Shown in pieces: positions 27,406 to 41,400 of a DNA stretch of 64,000 nt. The position numbers were made by a program, and so were the translations under genes. The notes beneath the pieces were generated by a model. It was given only the letters and a program-made list of their open reading frames with translations. It had not been told where the DNA came from and did not search any database. The DNA is from Eledone cirrhosa (Eukaryota), in NCBI GenBank assembly GCA_964016885.1, contig OZ024743.1, forward strand, positions 79,794,001 to 79,858,000, read 5' to 3'. Every line of letters starts with the position of its first letter. Positions within the stretch are counted from its first letter, which is position 1.

Positions 27406-27605
27406 TATATATATAAATTAATAAAAAGAATGAATAAAAACAAAGAAACAGTACCTTATATTAAAAAATTCATCATTTTACGATCGTTTCTAGGATATAT
27501 ATGTGTGTGTTGGTATGTATATCATATAGATCTATGTAAAATGTTTACAAACTATCAGAGGGAATATACATACCTACACATATATATGCTGTCTTCAGAA
27601 ATAAT

Positions 27606-27778
27606 TGTTTCTACTTTAGGCACAAGGCCAGCAATTACACAGTGCATTACTGGTACTTTATTTTATCGACCCCGTAAGGATGAAAGGCAAAGTCAACCTC
27701 GGCGCGATTTGAACTCAGATCGTAAAGGGACGTAACTATGCTGGCGTCCGACCCCCTACCGATACTGCCAATCCACCG
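27606..27778 (-). mobile_element. Near full-length tRNA-derived SINE with 15-bp TSD
   Basis: Minus strand has A-box-like TGGCAGTATCGG and B-box GAGTTCAAATC. Direct repeat GTCTTCAGAAATAAT at 27591-27605 and 27779-27793. Confidence 0.9.
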
Positions 27779-28562
27779 GTCTTCAGAAATAATGATATTT
27801 GTTTATTGAAAAAAACCAGCAAAGATTTAATATAATAGGTCTGTTTGGGAACAGGTTTTGAATTGACCAATAGAAAGGTAATAAGTGGTCAAGGTGATAG
27901 AATAGTAGTAATAGAAATTTAATTTAGGGGTAGAGGAAAGCAGACTTCAGTTTTGAATGGAAAGAGTATTTTGAATGAAAAGATTACTTTGGGGATGAAA
28001 TTCGGTCAAGCCGGTGAAAAGTACACGAAAATTTGATGTTATAAAAGAATAATTCTAGTGTTAAAATCTAAGGAGAATAAAATTTTACGATAAATGTGTT
28101 AGTGAAAAATATAAATCTTATTTAAAACATAAGGAATTTACATCTATAAAAAGAAAATAAATTAATTTAATTGATAGGTATATTTATATTGATAAATTTA
28201 TATTAATTCATATAGATATGATAAATTTATATTAATTCATATAGATATGATAAATAAGAGTTAGATGTAATTGAAGAATGTTTTTAAAAACGAAGAGGAA
28301 AAACATAATTGGGGGGGGGGGGATAAATGTATTAGTGAGAAATAACAAATTTATATAGATTACAAGGAATATAGATTCATAACCTGAAATTAAAATAGTT
28401 TATATGTATACTTATTGGTATAAATTTTAGGAAAAGATAGCTGTAAAAGGGAAATAAAATTATGCAGTTCATTAGTAGTAGAATATTAATTATAGGTTAA
28501 CTAATTTAAAATAATTTATATATATATAGTAAGAATATTTTCGAAACAGCGAGTGGGTTTGA

Positions 28563-28955
28563 AATTATTAGAAATGTAAGCATCGCCGTATTTGGACTAA
28601 AGAAATTATTTAGCCTGATAGTGGGGTTAAGAACCCTCGGAGAAATGGAAAAAGATGAATATTGACATACATGGGAGTCGAACCCACATCTTTGGTTATC
28701 CGGACCACTGTGCTACCATTTACACCAACACATCACCCTTCATATGTATGTGTGTGTGTTATGTCAGGGTTGGGTGATGTGTTGGTGTAAATCGTAGCAC
28801 AGTGGTCCGGATAACCAAAGATCTGGGTTCGACTCCCATGTACGTCAATATTAATCTTTTTCCATTTCTCCGAGGGTTCTTAACCTCACTATCAGGCTAA
28901 ATAATTTCTTTAATTTCTTTAGTCCAAATACGGCGGTAGCTTACATTTCTAATAA
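28563..28955. mobile_element. Head-to-head inverted pair of a tRNA-headed SINE-like element
   Basis: 28563-28739 is the reverse complement of about 28772-28955. Each arm starts with a cloverleaf-like GATGTGTTGGTGTAAATCGTAGCAC...GGGTTCGACTCCC...GTACGTCA. Confidence 0.85.
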
Positions 28956-29477
28956 TATATATATATATATATATATATTGGTAAAAGGAAAAGAAAATGC
29001 TGACAAATTGTTCCCAGTGAAAAATAGTTTAATTAGGAATAAGTAAAAATTAGTAATAGTATTGGTTAGTATTCAGTTTTGGTTTTAAGTTTTACCGGTT
29101 GCGCATTTCTAATTCTTTTCAAAAATAATTTTGAGATAGAGCGCCCGTGATGTTTGCTCTAATCTGATTAGTTTTGGAAATTCTACCTGTTTTATGTAAA
29201 AAAAAGTGGCTCCAGATGTATGAAAAGATTCTTGTGGTCAAAACCATTTTGATTGGTCGGTAGAGGTCATATGAATGCTAAAAATTGATTTTGCGCCAAA
29301 TGTAGGTTTGTCTCGGCTGATTGAGAAGTCACTGAAAAATAAGTCTTTCAAGACAAATATGTGTGTGTGTGTGTAGTAGTAGTAGTAGTAGTAAAGAGGT
29401 TCGTTGTTGTGATAATGGTCAACAGGGATGTGTGTGCGAACCGCAGCCTGTTGACAGTTCAAATGCCTATTAAGACA

Positions 29478-29510
<33 letters not shown>

Positions 29511-29597
29511 CAGAGTAATAATACCAAGGTGTGTGTGGGTGTCCAGATTGTACGTACTGCAAGGGGAATCCATTAGGCCTTGCCGTATTGGAATACT

Positions 29598-29689
<92 letters not shown>

Positions 29690-29707
29690 TATCTATATAT
29701 ATATCTA

Positions 29708-29798
<91 letters not shown>

Positions 29799-29994
29799 GT
29801 AGGATGATATATGTATAGACCATAGGGAAGTTTGGGACAATATAATAATAGTGACACACACACACACACATATTCATATGTATGTGTGTGTGTTATGTCC
29901 GCCTTAACATGTTTTGCTCGATGACTGAGAGTTAAAATGATCACACATATATACATAGGAATATGTGTGTTCATATCGCTAGTATTATTATTAG

Positions 29995-30622
29995 GGCTAT
30001 GAAACCGACCTGCATGCACTCGCCCAGTGTCCGAGCATTGGTGACTTGTGGGTTTATGTCCAACACCTGCTGTCGCGTGTAGAACGGATCCGGCCAGCAG
30101 CTGAGTCCATCGTGAGAATACCCCGCCACCTTCCTTTAGCCGGGAAGAGCAGGCAGCTTTTATCTGCCTGGTGGCCATGGTAAAAAAGATGGTATGGTGG
30201 ACACGTCTGAAAGGATTGAAGACGGGTACTTTCCTCTTCGGTGACACCCTCATTAACTTTTTCAGGTCTCACCTGAAAAAGAAAATCTGGGTGGAGAGGG
30301 AAGTGGAGAGGCGAGAATGGCCTACTCTGAGAGTGTGCCTGTAGCATAGTGGGAGGAAAACTGGAAGAGGGCACTTGCCCTAGCGGTCAGGGTAACCGTG
30401 GCTTTTTTTGTGGGCTTTCTCCACGAGCGACCCTCGGAAGTCAGCTCCCTTTCTGGGAAATTTTTCATTGTTTCTTATTTTGTCACATCCTCTGTTTTCT
30501 TTTTGTTTATTTTTTACACACAGAAGTGCCCATTTATACCGTCCTGTATTGTCCTGTGTTATACTTTTTGTCAACCCTTGTGGTTAATAAAGAAAGCGTT
30601 ATTATTATTATTATTATTATTA
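29995..30622 (+). mobile_element. Tx1/L1-clade LINE 3' fragment with (ATT)n tail
   Basis: Similar to the ORF2 end of the other copies (WWTRLKGLKTGTFLFG...NFFR), followed by 3' UTR, AATAAA and (ATT)n. Confidence 0.85.
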
Positions 30623-30623
30623 T

Positions 30624-32530
30624 AGTTGCATTTATCTTGCTTTATGTTCATACGAGTTATCACCAAGTCAGCCAGTGACCTCAAGAGACAACAAGATCCG
30701 CTATGTTCAAGAATGAACATACATAATCACACATGCATCTTTAGGTGTTTAGACTTGTGACAGAATCTTCCTTAGTATATGGGCAGTTCCCATTAGTACT
30801 ATCTTTTGTATTTCTCCTATACGCGGGTTTCCTGGGATTTGCGATAAGTAATCCTTAGACCGCCTACAACCACCGGTATTGTTTTAGTTCTCAATTTCCA
30901 CATTTTTCCAATTTCTGCCTCCAGGTCCTTATACTTGCTCAATTTTCAAATGTTTTTATAGATACATTCTTGTCTATTGGAACGGACATATCAATTAGCA
31001 GGCATACCCTCTTTTTAAAGTCCTCCAGTATTATATCAGGTCTATTTGCATCTATTTTTCGGTCTGTTTGGATGCTAAAGTTCCACAAGATTGAGATGTC
31101 ATCTTTTTCAAGTATGGGAGGTGGTTGATGTTCCCACCAATTCTTTTGATGGGGCAGGTCAAAATGCTTACACATTATCCAATGTATGTATTGTGCAGCT
31201 CTGTCATGCCTGTTTAGGTATTCGGTTGGAGCTATAGGACTGCACATTGAAATTATATGATCAATGGTCTCTGGTTGTTTTTTTACATACACGGCATAAT
31301 GGGTTGCATCCATTTTTTATTATGTTGGCTTGGTAATTTTTTCTTGGCAGACACTGATCTTGTGCTGATATAATCAGTTCTTCAGCTCCAATTTCAGTCC
31401 AGAGAATGCCAACCACTGATGGGTTAAAGTTTTGTCAACATTAGGATTGTTAGCTCTTTCTGGGTATTTTCCATACAGAGGCTTTTCTTGCCATTTCTGA
31501 GCCAGTTTCTGTAGCAGTTCTTTCTTTGCAGTTACTTTTACCTGCTTTGCTTTTTCTGTGTTTTCCATTTCAGCAGTGAATGTGACTTCTGAAATTTGTA
31601 GTCCATTACTGTATCTTTGTGCATCTTTTGTAATGGAGTATGATCTTTTGATTCTTTCGTGTTTCAAAATGTGATTCCCGTAGATATGTAGATAATCCAA
31701 TTGTTGCAGTTTTCAACGCAATATCTAACTAGATTAACCCACGTCCTGCTTCTTTCCTAGGGATATATATTCTATCTGTATCTGCCTTAGGGTGATGCAT
31801 TCTGTGCATGGTTAAGAATTTTCTAATTTTTGTATCGAGCCTACGGATCTCTGTGCTTGACCAGTTGATGACATTGTAACTGTAGGTTACTACTGGTATG
31901 GCAAGCATGTTTATGGCATCGATCCTATTCCTTGCATTCAATTCCGTTCTTAAGATTGCTCTTACTCTGCGGTAACATTCCTTCCTTATCCTTTCCCTCA
32001 TTGTCGAGTGCTTGATTCCGTCTCCTTCACAAACACCTAGATATTTGTAAGTTTCCTCTTGATCAAGTTCTCTTATCACATTCCCCCGATCAAGATTAAT
32101 GTCTGAACTTTTCAGCAGCTTTCCTCTGGTGAACGTTGCTTTGGCGCATTTATCTAGTCCAAACTCCATTTTAATGTCATCACTGAACTGCTCCACAGTG
32201 GATAATAGCCCTTGCAATTGTTCATCATTTTTTGCAAATAGTTTCAGGTCATCCATGTAGAACAAGTGATTAATGGTTTTGTCATAGACTTTATATCCGT
32301 GTTTTGTTTCATTGAACATTTTACTTAATGGTATAAGAGCGATGCAGAATAAAAGCGTTGATAAGAGTCACCCTGAAAAATTACACAATTAATATTAACT
32401 TCTCCAGCTTCCAGTGATTGTTTTTTCACTATTCAAGGGGAGTGTCGTTTTCCATGTCTTCATACTGAATGACAGGAACCTCTTGACAACGGGAGATATT
32501 TTGAAAATCTGTAAACATTTTTCAATATTT
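30624..32530 (-). mobile_element. R4/Dong-clade non-LTR retrotransposon, 5'-truncated (RT plus restriction-like endonuclease)
   Basis: INHLFYMDDLKL, FGLDKCA and YKYLG (RT); ETIDHIISMC, RHD, NRPDII, IDMSVP, KYKDL and QKIVLMGTAHILRK (REL domain). (TTA)n tracts on both sides. Confidence 0.9.
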
Positions 32531-32551
32531 TATTATTATTATTATTATTAT

Positions 32552-32950
<399 letters not shown>

Positions 32951-33000
32951 ATTAAGTCAAACATGTCAAATTTGGCTTCGTTTATTATAAATTAAAAATG

Positions 33001-33055
33001 ACTGCTATATATATTTTAGTGACAGCCATCACTGGCCGTGACCTCTTCAGGCAGT
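33001..33055 (-). ncRNA. Degenerate hammerhead ribozyme, same family as 51079-51133
   Basis: ACTGC CTGAAGA GGTCACGGCCAGTGATGGCTGTCAC TAAAA TATATATA GCAGT; the GAAA core is mutated. Confidence 0.6.
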
Positions 33056-33475
33056 CCGAATTGGTGTGGAAAAGACAGGTACACATGTTGAAGTTTGTTG
33101 AAGTATGTCCAGCTCCTGGGTGTGTTGTTATTCCTCCGAGGAACTTGAATCATATGGGCTAGAACAAACAAATTTCAGCGTCATAGGACACGCTCGTATC
33201 CGATTGGTCAGTTGTGAGAACATTCCTCAGTCAAAAGTCTATAGAAACTCTTCTGAGGCAAGTCGGCCTCTTATAGTTGTTTTTGTCAGAATGTTTAAGT
33301 ACAGCCGACCTCCTCCATTGTGTTGGTAGTGGTAGTGGTGTTAAGGGGTCAGCTGGCAGGTCAGCTTCAGTATGCTGCTGCTATAGTCTGAAGAATTTAT
33401 GTGTGTAGGTTGCCTCTATCCTGCCGCCATTTCACGTGGTGGGGGGTGCCAAACAAATATATATATATATATATA

Positions 33476-33840
33476 GGACGGGTAAAATTTCCGAGATCGA
33501 TGGATGAGTTCTATCCAGTGGCCTCTGTACCTCTTTATCGCTGCCATGTCCTGCGTCTCCAACATACCAGTGTCTGTCCTTAGGGCATCAACTTATGTTA
33601 ACCTTGGACTTCCTCTTCCAGTGTGTCCATGCAGGGGCTTCCACAGGAGCACTGAGTGCAGTGTTCTGGTGTTCTGAGTGCATAGTTCTGGCGACAAACA
33701 CAGTGAAGGAGGCTGAGGATTTGATGCAGGAGGTGGAGACTGTGTCGATGAGTGTGGAGCTGGGAATGATTGAGATTAAGACGAAATATCTGGTAGAGAA
33801 TATTAAGAAGCCAGAGATGATTACTAATGTAGGCGGGAAG

Positions 33841-33842
<2 letters not shown>
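33476..33842. mobile_element. RTE-like LINE fragment with 5' inversion
   Basis: 3' end on the minus strand (33476 to about 33640, homologous to 27270-27396) joined to a plus-strand RT segment IVLATNTVKEAEDLMQEVE...KTKYL. Confidence 0.65.
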
Positions 33843-33887
<45 letters not shown>

Positions 33888-34040
33888 ATAAATGCTCTGA
33901 AATAGCGATATATATGTGAATATAGACATAGAATATTCGAAAATATTCTGTATGTTTATAATAAACATTTTGAAGACCTAATCGCTATAGAATAGAATAC
34001 GTCACGTATTACAATTAGATTCTCGATAAAAGCAAGGGAA

Positions 34041-34083
34041 GTAATCTACGCGTTTCATTCTTGTTAGAAATCATCAGGACTAC
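34041..34083 (-). ncRNA. Minimal type-I hammerhead ribozyme (identical copies at 34351-34393 and 34654-34696)
   Basis: Exact reverse complement of 35215-35257. Confidence 0.88.
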
Positions 34084-35214
34084 ATATCCAGTGCTTTTAT
34101 CGAGAATGACACAGCTAGAGACTTATAGAATACTTAGCTGTGTACAGGAACTGGTTTGAAAGAGCGGTTGCCGGTCCGGCAGAAATTAGAAATTGGAATA
34201 AATGCTCTGAAATAGCGATATATATGTGAATATAGACATAGAATATTCGAAAATATTCTGTATGTTTATAATAAACATTTTGAAGACCTAATCGCTATAG
34301 AATAGAATACGTCACGTATTACAATTAGATTCTCGATAAAAGCAAGGGAAGTAATCTACGCGTTTCATTCTTGTTAGAAATCATCAGGACTACATATCCA
34401 GTGCTTTTATCGAGAATGACACAGCTAGAGACTTATAGAATACTTAGCTGTGTACAGGAACTGGTTTGAAAGAGCGGTCCGGCAGAAATTAGAAATTGGA
34501 ATAAATGCTCTGAGATAGCGATATATATGTGAATATAGACATAGAATATTCGAAAATATTCTGTATGTTTATAATAAACATTTTGAAGACCTAATCGCTA
34601 TAGAATAGAATACGTCACGTATTACAATTAGATTCTCGATAAAAGCAAGGGAAGTAATCTACGCGTTTCATTCTTGTTAGAAATCATCAGGACTACATAT
34701 CCAGTGCTTTTATCGAGAATGACACAGCTAGAGACTTATAGAATACTTAGCTGTGTACAGGAACTGGTTTGAAAGAGCGGTTGCCGGTCCGGCAGAAATT
34801 AGAAATTGGAATAAATGCTCTGAAATAGCGATATATATGTGAATATAGACATAGAATATTCGAAAATATTCTGTATGTTTATAATAAACATTTTGAAGAC
34901 CTAATCGCTATAGAATAGAATACGTCACGTATTACAATTAGATTCTCGATAAAAGCTTTTATCGAGAATCTAATTGTAATACGTGACGTATTCTATTCTA
35001 TAGCGATTAGGTCTTCAAAATGTTTATTATAAACATACAGAATATTTTCGAATATTCTATGTCTATATTCACATATATATCGCTATTTCAGAGCATTTAT
35101 TCCAATTTCTAATTTCTGCCGGACCGGCAACCGCTCTTTCAAACCAGTTCCTGTACACAGCTAAGTATTCTATAAGTCTCTAGCTGTGTCATTCTCGATA
35201 AAAGCACTGGATAT

Positions 35215-35257
35215 GTAGTCCTGATGATTTCTAACAAGAATGAAACGCGTAGATTAC
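35215..35257 (+). ncRNA. Minimal type-I hammerhead ribozyme (identical copies at 35525-35567 and 35835-35877)
   Basis: GTAGTC CTGATGA T TTCT AACA AGAA T GAAA CGCG TA GATTAC: stem I GUAGUC/GAUUAC, stem II UUCU/AGAA, palindromic stem III ACGCGU, GUA cleavage triplet. Confidence 0.88.
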
Positions 35258-36003
35258 TTCCCTTGCTTTTATCGAGAATCTAATTGTAATACGTGACGTA
35301 TTCTATTCTATAGCGATTAGGTCTTCAAAATGTTTATTATAAACATACAGAATATTTTCGAATATTCTATGTCTATATTCACATATATATCGCTATTTCA
35401 GAGCATTTATTCCAATTTCTAATTTCTGCCGGACCGGCAACCGCTCTTTCAAACCAGTTCCTGTACACAGCTAAGTATTCTATAAGTCTCTAGCTGTGTC
35501 ATTCTCGATAAAAGCACTGGATATGTAGTCCTGATGATTTCTAACAAGAATGAAACGCGTAGATTACTTCCCTTGCTTTTATCGAGAATCTAATTGTAAT
35601 ACGTGACGTATTCTATTCTATAGCGATTAGGTCTTCAAAATGTTTATTATAAACATACAGAATATTTTCGAATATTCTATGTCTATATTCACATATATAT
35701 CGCTATTTCAGAGCATTTATTCCAATTTCTAATTTCTGCCGGACCGGCAACCGCTCTTTCAAACCAGTTCCTGTACACAGCTAAGTATTCTATAAGTCTC
35801 TAGCTGTGTCATTCTCGATAAAAGCACTGGATATGTAGTCCTGATGATTTCTAACAAGAATGAAACGCGTAGATTACTTCCCTTGCTTTTATCGAGAATC
35901 TAATTGTAATACGTGACGTATTCTATTCTATAGCGATTAGGTCTTCAAAATGTTTATTATAAACATACAGAATATTTTCGAATATTCTATGTCTATATTC
36001 ACA

Positions 36004-36295
<292 letters not shown>

Positions 36296-36825
36296 ATCTC
36301 CTATTTCTATTTAGTGTGCGGAATGGTTCTTTGCGGCATTTATTGTCAGCTATATTCACAATCAACATCACTACTGAGTTTTGCCAACTGAGTAGAATAT
36401 GTTTCCCGGAGAAGCTCTAATAAGACAGAAACAGTTATTTTGGTTTCACCAATAGTGGACTCTCTAAATAAATAACAGATTTTCTCTATTCTGCACTGTC
36501 TATATGGTTGAAATATTACTACTAACTGATATTACTGGAATTATCTCCCTTGATTGTTGTTTTAGGTTTTCGAAGATAAAATGTGAGATTTTGCCCGTTG
36601 TCTGCTTGGACAACCTCAGAAGATTGAGGTCGTCAAACTTACCCTATTAATTTGCATGAATTTGTATATATAAATGCGTGCGTGTGACTGTATGCCAGAT
36701 TTCAATATTTTACTTAATATACACACGTGTTTGTGTGTCTGTAGTGAACTCAGAAAGCTATATGTGATGTTTGAAATCACAGCGTACGCGTTGTATGAAC
36801 TGATGTATGCATGTGTCTGCGTGTT

Positions 36826-36877
<52 letters not shown>

Positions 36878-37472
36878 CATACAAATGTGCATTTATTTAT
36901 GTATATATGTTTATAAGTATATACATGTATGTATCTATGTAGGTATGTATGTACGTGTGTATATATGCATGTATATATGTATATATGTATGTATATATGT
37001 GTGTATGTTTGTATATATGTATGTTTGTGTATATGTATGTATATATGTCTATATATGTATGTAAGAAGGTATATATGTTAGACGATCAATACACGATAAG
37101 CAGGCATCAATGTAGTCAGTGAGGGTTGTCACATAATCTTCATTATAATGCCTTTGTGTCTTCCTATACAATGGAAAGAAACAACCCATTACCGCATTGA
37201 TTTGCTGTGTACTCCGTGCTGAGGTGTAACAGAATAGTAATAATTGGGTTTACTGAATGGCTGAGTGGATCTGTGTGCTTGATCACGTGACACTCTTTGT
37301 CTCTTCTCGCCACTCCGTTCCCGCCACTCCGTTCCCTCTACTCCCTTCACACCACTCTCTAGTGGTGAACTATTTTTCTTTCGGTCTGACTCTCTGTCTT
37401 CCCCCTCATACTATCTATATAAATATACACACATATATATATGTGTATATATATGTATATATGTATGTATGC

Positions 37473-37543
<71 letters not shown>

Positions 37544-37600
37544 CACACACATATATATATATATACATACATATATATGTACATACACACACAGATACGT

Positions 37601-37699
<99 letters not shown>

Positions 37700-38491
37700 T
37701 GTACGTGTGTACATATACATACATATACACACATATATATGTGTGTGTGGGTGTGAGTATCGCTGTAAATTATGTACGTATGTTTTGTATGTTAGTATAT
37801 GTATATATATGTATATTCAGTGCATATGTATGTTAGTATATGTATATATATGTATATTCAGCGTATATGTATGTTCAGTGTATATATATATGTATGTTAG
37901 TATGTGTATATATATGTATATTCAGTGTATATGTATGTTCAGTGTATATATATGTATATTCAGTGTTTATGTATGTTCAGTGTATATATATGTATGTTAG
38001 TATGTGTATATATATGTATATTCAGCGTATATGTATGTTGAAGCTGTTGGTAACAAGAGTCTTGACTGTGTTGATATTTCAGTTGTTTCCTGGTTTCAAC
38101 GTAATTCAATACCACCGTTAGTAATGTTGTTAAGCTATCTTTTCCTGGTCGTCGTCACTCACTTTTCTCACTTTTCTCTCTCGTCCAGATTTAAAACTCA
38201 TGGCAATATATATATAACGGACTGCCAGGGTCCGATGCAGGTCAACTGTGCGTTAATTTCGTCCCTAATAAGGAGAATTAAGTGTCCTACATAGAACCCC
38301 AACATCTAAAGTTGAATCTGCACTCATGGCTAGTTGTATTTGAAAACACAGATACAGAAACAGGATTACCTGGGTAGCCAGCAAGACATATACGTTACCT
38401 TCAATAGAGAGAATTAACCAGCTGCTCAAAGGATCTCTTTTTCATTCTTAGCAACAACGGGCCCATTACTCAGGGAGAATCAGTTATAGGG

Positions 38492-41400
38492 TGGCAGAGT
38501 GGTTAGGACGTCAGATAGAATGGCAGAGTGGTTAGAACGTCAGATAGAATGGTAAATTGGTTAGAATGTCAGATAGAATGGCAGAGTCGTTAGAAGCCAG
38601 ATAGAATGGTAGGGTCGTTAGAACGTCAGTTAGAATGGTAGAGTCATTAGAACGCCAAATAGAATGGCAGAGTCGTTAAAACATCAAATAGAATGGTAGA
38701 GTCGTTAGAACGTCAGATAGAATGGTAGAGGTGTTAGAACGTTAGATAGAATGGTAAAGTGGTTAGAACGTCAGTTAGAATGGCAGTGGTTCGAAGGTCA
38801 GATAGAATGGTAGAGTGGTTAGAACGTCGGACAGAATGGTAGAGTGGTTAGAACGTCAGATAGAATAGTAGAGTCGTTAGAACGTCAGACAGAATGGTAG
38901 AGTGGTTAGAACGTCAGATAGAATAGTATAGTCGTTAGACCGTCAGATAGAATGGTAGAGTGGTTCGAATGTCAGATAGAATGGTAGAGTGGTTAGAACG
39001 TCAGATAGAATGGCAGAGTGGTTAGAACGTCAGATAGAATGGCAGAGTGGTTAGAACGTTAGATAGAATGGTAGAGTCGTTAGAACGTCAGATAGAATGG
39101 TAGAGTGGTTAGAACGTCAGATAGAATGGTAGAGTGGTTAGAACGTCGGATAGAATGGTAAAGTGGTTAGAACGTCCGATAGAATGGTAGAGTCGTTAGA
39201 ACGTCAGATAGAATGATAGAGTGGTTAAAACGTCGGATAGAATAGTAGAGTGGTTAGAACGTCAAATAGAATGGTAGAGTCGTTAGAACGTCAGATAGAA
39301 TGATAGAGTGGTTAAAACGTCGGATAGAATGGTAGAGTGGTTAGAACGTCAGATAGAATGGCAGAGTGGTTAGAACGTTAGATAGAATGGTAGAGTCGTT
39401 AGAACGTCAGATAGAATAGTAGAGTCGTTAGAACGTCAGATAGAATGGTAGAGTGGTTCGAATGTCAGATAGAATGATAGAGTGGTTAGAACGTCTGATA
39501 GAATGGTAGAGTAGTTAGAACGTCAGATAGAATGGTAGAGTGGTTAGAACGTCAGATAGAATGGCAGAGTGGTTAGAACGTCAGATATAATGGCAGAGTG
39601 GTTAGAACGTCAGATAGAATGGCAGACTGGTTAGAACGTCAGATAGAATGGTAGAGTGGTTAGAACGCCAGATAGAATGGTAGAGGTGTTAGAACGTTAG
39701 ATAGAATGGTAAAGTGGTTAGAACGTCAGTTAGAATGGTAGAGTCGTTAGAACATCAAATAGAATGGAAGATTGGTTAGAACGGTAGATAGAATGGTAAA
39801 GTGGTTAGAACGTCAGATAGAATGGTAAAGTCGTTAGAACGTCAGATAGAATGGTAGAGTCGTTAGAACGTCAGATAGAATGGTAGAGTGGTTAGAACGT
39901 CAGATAGAATGGCCGAGTCGTTAGAAAGTCAGATAGAATGGTAGAGTGGTTAGAACGTCTGATAGAATGGTAGAGTGGTTAGAACGTCAGTTAGAATGGT
40001 AGATTCCTTAGAACGTCAGATAGAATGGTAGAGTGGTTAGAACATCAGATAGAATGGTAGAGTCGTTAGAACATCAAATAGAATGGAAGATTGGTTAGAA
40101 CGGTAGATAGAATGGTAAAGTGGTTAGAACGTCAGATAGAATGGTAATGTCGTTAGAACGTCCGATACAATGGTAGAGTCGTTAGAACGTCAGATAGAAT
40201 GATAGAGTGGCTGGAACGTCTGATAGAATAGTAGAGTGGTTAGAACGTCAGATAGAATGGTAGAGTCGTGAGAACGTCAGATAGAATGATAGAGTGGTTA
40301 GAACGTCGGATAGAATGGTAGAGTGGTTAGAACGTCAGATAGAATGGCAGAGTGGTTAGAACATCGGACAGAATGGTAGAGTGGTTAGAACGTCAGATAG
40401 AATGGTAGAGTCGTTAGAACGTCAGATAGAATGGTAGAGTGGTTCGAATGTCAGATAGAATGATAGAGTGGTTAGAACGTCTGATATAATGGTAGAGTAG
40501 TTAGAACGTCAGATAGAATGGTAGAGTGGTTAGAACGTCAGATAGAATGGCAGAGTGGTTAGAACGTCAGATAGAATGGTAGAGTGGTTAGAACGTCAGA
40601 TAGAATGGTAGAGTGGTTAGAACGTCGGATAGAATAGTAGAGTGGTTAGAACGTCAAATAGAATGGTAGAGTCGTTAGAACGTCAGATAAAATGATAGAG
40701 TGGTTAAAACGTCGGATAGAATGGTAGAGTGGTTAGAACGTCAGATAGAATGGCAGAGTGGTTAGAACGTCGGACAGAATGGTAGAGTGGTTAGAACGTC
40801 AGATAGAATAGTAGAGTCGTTAGAACGTCAGATAGAATGGTAGAGTGGTTCGAATGTCAGATAGAATGATAGAGTGGTTAGAACGTCTGATAGAATGGTA
40901 GAGTAGTTAGAACGTCAGATAGAATGGTAGAGTTGTTAGAACGTCAGATAGAATGGCAGAGTGGTTAGAACGTCAGATATAATGGCAGAGTGGTTAGAAC
41001 GTCAGATAGAATGGCAGACTGGTTAGAACGTCAGATAGAATGGTAGAGTGGTTAGAACGCCAGATAGAATGGTAGAGGTGTTAGAACGTTAGATAGAATG
41101 GTAAAGTGGTTAGAACGTCAGTTAGAATGGTAGAGTCGTTAGAACATCAAATAGAATGGAAGATTGGTTAGAACGTCAGATAGAATGGCAGAGTGGTTAG
41201 AACGTCGGACAGAATGGTAGAGTGGTTAGAACGTCAGATAGAATAGTAGAGTCGTTAGAACGTCAGATAGAATGGTAAAGTCGTTAGAACGTCAGATAGA
41301 ATGGTAGAGTCGTTAGAACGTCAGATAGAATGGTAGAGTGGTTAGAACGTCAGATAGAATGGCCGAGTCGTTAGAAAGTCAGATAGAATGGTAGAGTGGT

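Noticed and set aside
28776-28848. Functional tRNA gene
   Set aside because: No U33, imperfect stems, no immediate poly-T terminator, and embedded in a longer duplicated element; treated as a SINE head.
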